NCBI RefSeq assembly: GCF_009914755.1
Contig: NC_060926.1
Strand: one strand, 5' to 3'
Length of the DNA: 64,000 nt
Source: the human T2T-CHM13v2.0 reference genome, Homo sapiens
The notes under the pieces: generated by a model
What the model saw: only the letters and a program-made list of their open reading frames with translations
Told to the model about the DNA's origin: nothing
The model's database searches: none
Made by a program: the position numbers and the translations under genes
Part shown: in pieces, positions 53,961 to 64,000 of the stretch
Numbering within the stretch: the first letter of the stretch is position 1
Layout of the letters: each line of letters starts with the position of its first letter

Positions 53961-53974
53961 CTCCAGAATTTCTA

Positions 53975-54600
53975 GCTGTAAAATGGTACAACTTCAATTG
54001 AGGGAAATTAGCAATATCTATCAAAATTATAAGTACATAGAACCATCAACCCAGCACTTTCACATAATTTTCATATTAATACATATATCCCAGCATATTC
54101 CAAAATGACAAATACTCTTTGTAGCTTTGGTTGTATTATAAAATACTGGAAAAATTCTAAATATCTATCAATAGAAAACAGCCCTACAATGGAATATTGT
54201 GAAGCTATTAAAAGAATGAGACAGCTCTTTATATATAACATAGAATGACTTTCAAGGTGTAATGCTAAAAAAAGAGAAGTATAGAAGAGTCTACTAGTAT
54301 GCTTCCATTTGAGTAAAATATGTGTGCATGTGTATGTAATTTTATATATATAATACACATATAAATAGACACATACACTCACCATATGCACATATGTTTG
54401 TATATACTACATATGCATATGTTATCTCAGAAAGGAGGGTAAAGTACTATTAGCCATGGTTATATCTAGTGAGTAAACTGAGTGAGTGGAAGTGAGGTGG
54501 GAGGTGTCACAGATAAAAGCCACTAATTTCTATTGTGGACATTTTGAATGTTGTACTGCATACATGTATTATCCATTAACAAAATAACTAAAATTGTATT
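53975..54600 (+). mobile_element. L1ME-like 3' region
   Basis: 'gtaaaatggtacaact...ttagcaatatctatcaaaatt', 'caatggaatattgtgaagctattaaaagaatgag'. Confidence 0.75.
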
Positions 54601-56758
54601 TTGCCTGCAGAGTGCCTATGTGGACTTTTTTTAGTGTACACAGGAAAAGAAAACCATCAGGTGAAGTCATGATCAATTTCAATTCAGGCCATTTTAATAA
54701 GAGAACTGCTGAGGCCTCAAACTTACAAACGCTGCAGATGTGTGGCTGAAGTTGACTATTGGTTATGGGTATGGAGAAACAAATCTAGGCATAGGGCTTA
54801 CCCCTCTGAGCACAGCTTGGTGGTGTAATGGTCAATTTCCAGCATGTACACTATACAATTAAGTATAGCTTAATGTATCATTGACTCTATATGGAAGTCA
54901 GGGATGAAGTGGGAAAGGAGGGACCAAAAAAAATCTAATAGATGGGACACTGAAATAGGAGATATTTAAAGTCTAGAAGGTGATAGTTATTAGCACAGTC
55001 CAGGAAAAAATCATCCATTCAAGGCAAGACACCAGCCTCTAGCAGGCAGTGAATGAGTTGGGGAAGTAGAACAGGTATGGGAATGAAACAGTAATAAGAA
55101 AAGGGCCAGTTTTTTAAGTAGCAAGGCAGTATGGTAGAGTCCCAGAGTCAAGCACCGTGACATCCTGGCCTGGCATTAACCTAACAGGGTGCTGGGGTAC
55201 CGAGGCTTGTTGAAGCGGGTAGGTCCTGCTATGTAGACACCCAGGTTCACGAGGCATGACTTTTAATGGCAGTGAGACCGCATTGCTGGCTTCCTACTGT
55301 GATTATCTCACAAAGAAAGAACATTTTAAGTATTGGTTGGTTGAGCAATAAGCAACCAGAAAAACAGGAAAAATCGCAGTGGGCCTGAGTCCAGAGGTAG
55401 GCGGCATCCATAATCCCTGGCAAAGGGGATTAGAGGAGACAAAAACCCATGAAATGAGTCTGTACATGATAACAGATGGGATGTGAGCTATACCTAGACC
55501 ACCACAGCCTGCAGATACCTTACAACAATTTCTCACTCCTGCTCCATGTCAACAATTTACAGAAATATAAACCAAGTCAATATGTACTTTGCTCACTTTA
55601 AATTAGGAGACAGAAATGTTTTCATCCACATCCCTTTCCTTTCTCATGTAAAGCCATTTCCTCGTTTTCAAATAGTTTCTTTGTCAAAAACATTTCTATG
55701 TCTACCTGGAATTCTGGAACCTATCAATAGAGTAAAAGCAAAAGCAAGAAGGTCTCCAGGGAATTATGCTCAAAGCAGAGGCGCTAAAAATAGCCTAGTG
55801 TCTCATCTCAGCCTTTTCCCTTTCATTTAGAGATACACCCAGAAACCCACTGCCTTAAAGGATGTAACAGTTCAAAACCTACCAGTGTTTCAGCAAAAAC
55901 TGCATTTGAATCTGTGAGTGCCACCTTCTTTTTAAAAAAATTTTTATAGGCTTATTTTCCTCATGATAGTTTCATTGCATTTGTTGGGTTGTAAACCATG
56001 TAAAGCTCAGCAATAAAATGACTGCAATCTGTACAAGTAATAGCAAGCATGTCTCATAAACAAGATAAGTTGTGCCTTGCCAATATTGCTACACTTCATA
56101 AATATGAACTCAAGTCTGTTTTGTGTTTTCTAGATCAGTAGCATAGTTTTATTTTAATTAAACACAACATATAAAATATTCATTTATGAAACAAACATCA
56201 TTGTTTTTAAAAGATTATATTAAATTAAATTATACTGCTTTTGCCATAAAGCCATGCACAAAAGAACCATTCTGAATTTTAAGTGGATTGATACAGTTCA
56301 AGTGTCCATCAATAAAAACTATATTAGGAACACAGTAATGCTACCATGAATAAATGAGCTATTTATATTTCCTGATAATGTAAATGCTTATATGAACTCA
56401 TTCCAATTTCTAAACACTAGGCATTTCAGCTGTGTAGTAATTAAGAAACTATAATATCTACAGAAGAAAGGTAGATGCTGCCAGAGCCATTTTATACAGC
56501 AGATTTTAAGAATTTAACTTCATCAGTGACATAATTCGTTGTCATATTTTATTAGATCAGATCTGGATAACTTTGGGAAGCCAAATGAAGAGTCATTAAA
56601 GGTGATTCCTATACTAGACCTGCTGTGTAAAGGACAGAGCTTCCCAGTTTCGTTCTTAGTTCTGCTACTAACAAGCTATGAATCAGCTGCCTTTTTGTGA
56701 TCTAAGAGAACTGCACTAAATTAACCTCTAGCTTGCAGATTCCATGATTATCTTCAAA

Positions 56759-57085
56759 CAGGGGTGGACCTAGGTTTTATGGTGTCTGAGTTATATAAAT
56801 TGAGGACGCTTTTAAGGAAAAGAGCATAAAATAACAGATACAGAAATAGATATGAAAATGAATATTTACTCTGAATGAAAAAAGAAATCATAGTAAACTA
56901 CTGGAGGCTTTTTATATCTCTTTAGGTAACCTACCAGAAGCACTTATATAGATAAGCTTTTGTCATGCTTACCTTGCTTCTCCTCCCCACCTGGAATACT
57001 GTATAAATTATTGCACTCAGAGGACCAACACAAGTGAAGCCCTGATGTTTTCACCTCCTTTACTTAACAGTATATCTACTGCTAC
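56759..57085. mobile_element. hAT-type MER (MER53/MER115-like)
   Basis: Starts 'caggggtggacctaggttttatggtgtctgag'; 'aaatgaatatttactctgaatgaaaaaagaaatca'; family name uncertain. Confidence 0.5.
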
Positions 57086-57897
57086 TCCTAAATGACCAGA
57101 AACCCTTATGACATATTATTAGTTAGTGAGAAAGATTCCATCCAAATTCTACCTATAGGATTCTCCTATGTGTTCCATGAGGCTTAGCCTTACTCATTAT
57201 TTTTCATTGACTTCCTCTTCTCAAAACCCATAGTACTTATAATGTGTACCACACAATTTACCATTTATAAGCATTGGAAATTGCCTTAGATTGTTCACCA
57301 CTGATTCAAGCACTGTCTTCCCAGTGAGAAGAAATTGAAGGCATGACTTTTCTTATTATACCCCACTCTTACAAAGGTGGCCTTTACTACCAAGTCGATG
57401 GTTTTTAAAACTAATTTCTCAACTAAAAGAAAACTTCTTGTGTGTTGATGGTGTAGAATATTTTATGTTAAATATAATCTTCCCAACTCAATACCTTTCA
57501 GGCGCATTACAACTTCTCATGTCTATGAAGACTAAAAATGCAAAATGTTATCCTGGATTCAAGTCACAGAACACTGAAAATTTAGAAAGGACTCAATCAT
57601 GTTTTCCCTTATTGTTCTAGAATGAATTGAGGTGCCCTGAATGCTAAATAAATATTTCCTTTGGAGTATATCACTTTGAGAACAGCTGTTTTAAACATTC
57701 AATCTCAACTCTTATGAATCCCCTTTACACATAAAACAATTAATTCACACTTCATGTGAAAATGTAAAACTTTCACAAATCTTAAGCACTCATCTTGGGT
57801 TGACACATTTTTAGGGGAAAATTGTCAAGACCCAGAAGAAGAAAGGAGAAAAATAACAAGAAAGTCAAGATCAAGCTCTTCTCCCAAACTATCAGAT

Positions 57898-58224
57898 ATT
57901 TTATTTTATTTTTATTTTATTTTATTTTTTGCGACAGAGTCTTGCTCTGTCACCCATGCTGGAGTGCAGTGGTATGGTCTCTGCTCACTGCAACCTCCGC
58001 CTCCTGAGTTCAAGTGATTCTCCTGCCTCAGCCTCCTGAGTAGCTGGGACTATAGGCACGTGTCACCATGCCCAGCCAATTTTTTTTTTTTTTTTTGTAT
58101 TTTTAGTAGAAATGGGGTTTTGCTATGTTGGCCAGGCTGGTCTCAAACTCCTGACCTTAAGTGATCCGCCCGCCTTGGCCTTCCAAAGTGCTGGGATTAC
58201 AGGCCTGGGCCTCTGCACCCAGCC
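57898..58224 (-). mobile_element. AluS with (TTTTA)n tail and expanded central T tract
   Basis: Alu dimer; 'caaactatca' on both flanks. Confidence 0.96.
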
Positions 58225-58944
58225 TCAAACTATCACAAATGTAGTGTCTTTGCAATAAAGGGTATTTTTGATGCTAAAAAGAATATTATCAACATGTTTG
58301 AAAAAAATTATATGCTTACTCATTTGTTTACTCATGTGATAGCTTTTTTGGTGAGGCAAATTTGTTTTTAAAATTACAAATGAATGCAGCTTCTGCCCTT
58401 GTAGGATTGCCCATAATTGACCTGGAGCTCAGGTGCCACATACGCTTCACCTTGCTGGAAGCTGGTGATGAAATAAAATAACTAAATATCGATAGTAATG
58501 ACACCAGTAGAAAATGGGCATGTAAAAAAGCAGAAAAAGAGAGGAGGAGAAGTGATAGAGTAGAGGAAAATCATGTCACATGATAGAGGTGAATGCCAAT
58601 AAAGAAATATAGATCAGTCAGACGTTCTTGGTGACAGGAATATTCCAAGGGGTCTTTAATAGCAGAGTTGTTTATATTCAAATTTTAATGATTTTCTTCA
58701 TAGTGGCTATCATGTTATTCCCTCTACAACTACCAACCATGTCCCCTTCTACACAGACACCAAACCCCCAGGAAAATCTGCTACATATATAAATATCTTG
58801 TGGGAGTTTCTTTTAGGAAAATCAAAGAAAAGGATCAACATTTTACATCTTCATTGGCATGAAGAAAAGAGGAGCCACTGAAAGTGAGAAGCAAGTGAGA
58901 CAGAAAGTTTAACAGGAAAATAAACTGGAAATAGATTTTCAGTG

Positions 58945-59420
58945 ACATTGACATTCTTCCACTGAGAAGCATAGGTCTTTGTTCCCTCTCTTTGGATATG
59001 GGCCAAATTTAATGACTAATTTTTAACAAATAGAATATGGCAGAAATGATGATATGTGTCTCTCAAGGGTAGCTCATGACAAGAAATGCAGTTTTCTTTC
59101 AGGACATTTATTATTCGATCCCACCATGATAGCAAGTGGAAGCCCAGGCAACAAGAAGAGCCAGCAGATAAGTGTTCCAGCTGACATCTTCAGTTTAGGA
59201 CTCAGCTGACAATCAGCCTCAATCACCAGCCATGTGTGTGGGCATACCTTCAGATAACTATAACCCTAGGCTTTGAGTCCAGCTGGGCTCCAAACATGGC
59301 AGAACAAAGGCATAGCTTCCCTGTTGTGTCCTGTCAATATTCCTCACCCACAGAATCAAAAGGCATAATAAATGGATGGTTCACATCACTAAGTTTTGAG
59401 ATAATGTATTGCCTACCTCA
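58945..59420 (+). mobile_element. MLT1G/H-like MaLR LTR
   Basis: 'aacaaatagaatatggcagaaatgatg', 'caccagccatgtgtgtgg', 'cactaagttttgagata'. Confidence 0.7.
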
Positions 59421-59840
59421 GTTTGGGTAACCTTACATTTCACTTTCTCCTGGTCAATCAGTCTTACTAATCCTTCTCTATCTACAGAGATAGCAGAAAT
59501 GGAGTTGAACAGATCTACAAAATGGTGTAATGTTGGCTGTTAAAAAGAGTGAGCATTGCTTCTTGAGGTATAAAATATTAATAATGTCAACAACATGAGA
59601 TCTTGGAAGTGGTTAAAGCAACGCAGGGTGGGTGGATGGGAGGAGGGAAACTATAATTTTATCTGTACTTATCTGTTCATTCAGTTAACAAATATTCAAC
59701 TAAGAGAAGCAAGAAGATGGATTTATTTATATTTAGTTATCCCATTTCTCCATGAAGAAGAGTTTTCCAATAAAAGGAAGAAATTAAAAAGTGAAATATT
59801 TATTAATTTGATTAAATTAAAAATGTTATAGTATAATGGT

Positions 59841-59868
59841 CTGTGTGTGTGTGTGTGTGCGTGTGTGT
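59841..59868. repeat. (TG)n microsatellite
   Basis: Directly visible. Confidence 0.95.
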
Positions 59869-60232
59869 AATAAGAGAGAAAAAATAAAACTTAGTGTACT
59901 TGTAAACAATAAAGAAGTCTGTAAAGTATATAAAAAGGTTAATAACCTTAATGTATAAGGGGCAACACAGAAATTTTCACAGAATAATTAAAAACCCTAG
60001 AGAAAAATGGCTGAAGGATCTGAATATGTAATTTACTCCAAATGGCACAAGCACGCACACACACGAAGAAAATTTATCCTTACTAGTAAACAAAATAAGG
60101 CAAATTAAAGTAATAAGAAAAATGTTTACCCAAGAAACTGGTATAGTGATAGCATAGCTTTTCCCCACACTAAAATGGCAAGAGCAAAGAGCAAAAGGAG
60201 CCCAGTATTTTTTTTTTCTAGAAAGCAAGTAA

Positions 60233-60557
<325 letters not shown>

Positions 60558-60558
60558 A

Positions 60559-60852
60559 TTTTTTTTTTTTGAGACAGAGTCTCGCTCTGTGTCACCCAGG
60601 CTGGAGTCCAGTGGCGCGATCTCGGCTCACTGCAAGCTCCGCCTCCCAGGTTCTAAGAGATTCTTGCGCCTCAGCCTCCGGAGTAGCTGGGATTACAAGC
60701 GCGCGCCACCACGCCTGACTAACTTTGTAATTTCAGTAAAAACAGGGTTTCCCCATGTTGGCCAGGCTGTCTCGAACCCTGACCTCAGGTGATACACCCG
60801 CCTCGGCCTCAGGAAGTGCTGGGATTACAGGCGTGAGCCACCACACCTGGCC
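60559..60852 (-). mobile_element. AluS (Sx-like) of the tandem pair
   Basis: 'gacctcaggtgat'; outer TSD aatttgaaaa at 60231-60240 and 60853-60862 brackets both Alus. Confidence 0.95.
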
Positions 60853-61944
60853 AATTTGAAAATATTTGTTAAATGTGCCCACCACTCTCAGGAAGTAATA
60901 ATGCTCCTGGGAATCAATACAAAGGGAAAGATAAAGATGTTTACTGAAGCATTTAAAAATATATGTGTACAAAGTGGAAAGATGGCAGTGCCAGGGGACT
61001 TCTCCCTGGTGCGGTAGAGGTTGCACTGAGGCTGTTGGGCCACAGTATCAAAAGAGCTGTTCATGCAAGCAAACTGAGGTGAGAGCAAGACGACTGGATT
61101 TAGAAACCTGATCCCTAGGAGAAGAGGTATCTCCACACACACATTGTGGGATGAAGGAATAAAGTTCCTCCAACAGGACCTTGCTCCTCTCTTGTGGATC
61201 CAAGGCTTTTTGATTTTTTAATGATAACACAAATTTATACCAAAAAGCCCTCCAGTTTAACATAAAAAAGGAAGATTTTTGTTTTAGAATACCCCATAGA
61301 AGGGGAGTGGGAGGTTCCAAGAACATTGCACACCTCTCATTTGAAGGGAGGGTATATTTGGCTTCAATAAATCTCTCGCCTTTCAAGGACAAGGAGAAGT
61401 AAACAGAAATACAGCAGCATAGCAATAAGGTCTTCTTTAAAAATGAATAATCCAGACAGAACAGAAAAGCATTTTTCCTGCAAAATAAACTTTTATGTAA
61501 TAAAAGTGTAAATTCAGTGAAAAAAAATTTGGAAAATAGAGGTAAACCAAAAAAAAAAAAGTAAACTTCACCATTTGCCCCCACACAGAAATGATGTGTT
61601 ATAAATATTAGAAGTCTTGAATAGACTAATTTCAAAACTGAATTGTGGTCTTGAAAATTTTTGAGAATGTACAGATTATATGACGCAACTAGTGAAGCCA
61701 ATATACAAGTATATTGATAAAGAAGTAACTGAACAGCAGAACATAGGAAAACTGAAATATAAAATTAATTTTAAAATCTAAGTAAATGAAAAGGGAAACT
61801 AATATTTAAAATAGAATTTCAAACACTAAAATCAAGCAGAAGCATACATAAAATTGTAACAGAACTATATGCAATCAAATTTAATTTTACAAAATGCAAA
61901 GACAATATAAAGCCCAAATTTAAACAAAAAATAAGAAAAATGAA

Positions 61945-63565
61945 GGAGGCTTCTGGCTAAGATGAAGCAAAAGGAACCCAATTTACATTTTCACATGAAA
62001 TTACAACAATAATAAAAAGCCAAACAGTACATACACAATGGTTTGCAAGCCCCATTACATTAGGAATGAAGGGGAGTGATCTCTGAAAGATGGGGCGCTC
62101 TCAGGGAAAGATGAGTACTACCATCACTCAGCTTAGTGTCCTAAGAAAGTTCTCAGACTACAGCCCAACAAGGGGGAACCTAAGCAGAGCCCAGCAGATT
62201 CCCTACAATGGGGAGACAGAACTGAGAGTCCCAGGAAACCAAAGCAGGTCAAGGTCACAAGATAAAAGTACTGAAAAAGGGAACTCCACACATGGAGACT
62301 ACTCTGGGATCCTGTGATGTGTTCCTCTCAAGTACTGAACTGGGCACTGATCAGCATAAACAAGTGAAAAAAAAAAAAAAAAAGCAGACTGGAGAAGAAC
62401 TACCTGAAATAATTAGAGGAAACAGTAACTGGCCAGGAATTCAGTCTCTTACCAGTCAATCAGGAAAAGTTCAGATTTACAGGATATTTGATAGTATACT
62501 TAGAAAGGTCTCAGAGGTGAGGATTAGCCCTAGGATAACATTGCTCTGGTCCTACCTAAAAAAGATTAAAAGCAAGATCTAAGAAGATTAAAATCTTTTT
62601 AGGTAATTTAACTGTGCTTAAGAACAGAGCTCAAGAACATTTACAGGAATACAAAAATATGAGCTACCCAACAAGGTGAAATTCACATGTCTACTACCCA
62701 AACAAAAGATTTTGTCATGAAAGCAAGCAAGAAAATACAGCTTATAATGAAAAACAAAAATCAATCGAGAATAAACCAGAAATGACACAGGTGTTCAAAT
62801 TAGCAAACAAGGATATTTTTTAAGTTATAACCACATTCCATTTGTTCAAAAAAGTTAAGTAGAGACCTAGAAGATGTATATATATGCCAAAAAGGAACTT
62901 TTAGAGATGAAAACTACAATACAGTATGAAGAATCAAAAATACAGTAGATGAAACTAACATTATGATATTGCAGAAGGAAAAGCTAGTTAATGTAAAGAA
63001 GACAAAAACAAACTATCCAAAACACAGAGAAAAATTAATTTTTAAAAAAATTAGCAGAGCATCAGTGAGCTGTATGACAAGTTTAGATGGCTTCATAGAT
63101 CTGTAATCCAAGTCTTTAACAAAGATAAGAAACAAAGGTGACAGAAAAAAATGTTTGAAAAAACAGTCCTCATATTTCTAAATTTGATACAAATTATAAA
63201 CCCACAAATCCAAAAAGCTCAAAAATCCACAGATAAGATACATGAAAATACCACACCTATGTATGTAATAATCACATTGCTCTAAAATGGTAATAAAAAG
63301 AACATCTTAAAAGCAGTTGGAGGAAGAAAATACACATTATATGGCAGAACAAAGTTAAAGGTGATGCAGATTATTTATCAGAAAGAATGCGAGTGAGAAG
63401 ACCTGGAGCAGCACATTTAATACAGAAAGAAAATTGAAACCTGTCTGGGTGAATTCTATACCCAGAAATTTTTTTTAATGTGAAATAAGGACTTTAAGAT
63501 ATAAAAAACCTGAAAGAATTCATTACAGAAGTCCTGTACTATAAGAAATGCTAAAGGAGGTATAT
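61945..63565 (+). mobile_element. Old L1 (L1MC/L1MD-type) 5' UTR and ORF1 remnant
   Basis: 'ggcttctggctaagatg', 'cagagcatcagtgagctgtatgacaa', 'ataaacccacaaatccaaaaagctcaa', 'ctataagaaatgctaaaggag'. Confidence 0.75.
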
Positions 63566-63569
63566 AAAC

Positions 63570-63995
63570 AATGCAACTTAGGTTAAGCGACATGAACTAG
63601 AAATGGAAAGGCAAATGCCACATAATCTCATCTATTCAATCTAAAATAGTGAAATTCATAGAAACAGAGAAGAAAATGAAGGGCACTAGAGGATAAAGGC
63701 CGGGGATTGGGGGATTAGCGAGATGTCTGTCAAAGAATACAAAATTTCAGCTATACAAGAGAAATACATCCAATAGATCTATTGTACATTGCAGTGGCTA
63801 TAGCTAATAACAATATATTGTGTAATCAAAAATTGCTAAGAGATTAGATTTTAAATATTCTCACCACAATAATAAATGAGGTAATGCATATGTTGATTAG
63901 CTTGATTTAGCCATTCCACAATGTTTACATATATGAAAACATAATGTACACCATAAATATATACATTTTTTATTTGTCATTAAAAAAAGAAAGAA
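63570..63995 (+). mobile_element. L1MA-type 3' end
   Basis: 'gtcaaagaatacaaaatttcag', 'aattgctaagagattagattttaaatattctcaccac', 'tagcttgatttagccattccacaatg'. Confidence 0.9.
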
Positions 63996-64000
63996 TAAGC

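Noticed and set aside
61048-61701. Longest ORF in the track (217 aa, minus strand)
   Set aside because: Non-ATG start, F/L-rich composition typical of the antisense of an A-rich strand, probably ancient L1-like sequence; no recognisable domain

Overview
Primate (human-like) non-coding genomic DNA, AT-rich and dense in repeats. I recognise no protein-coding gene, RNA gene or CRISPR-like array. The ORF track is explained by L1 ORF2 remnants, Tigger1 transposase remnants, Alu/LTR read-through and chance ORFs. Content: about 13 Alus, primate L1PA/L1PB 3' fragments (one with a twin-priming inversion), old L1M/L2/MIR fragments, MaLR/ERVL LTRs, a solo ERV9 LTR12 with a 4-bp TSD, a near full-length Tigger1 and several MER/Tigger MITEs, many of them nested. 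The most notable items are: (i) a 135-bp inverted, DNA-level copy of an Alu end plus unique flank (40009-40143) inserted about 1.7 kb away inside a MIR (38139-38273); (ii) five AP-1 sites, one a full ARE/MARE, in about 700 bp of unique sequence (11992-12683); (iii) an LTR12 with ten intact CCAAT boxes pointing leftward; (iv) a fold-back patchwork and apparent deletion at the left end of Tigger1; (v) an exon-like 78-nt segment at 5757-5834. I found no convincing novel multi-component system. Subfamily names come from recalled consensus sequences, not a database search, and boundaries of old repeats are approximate.
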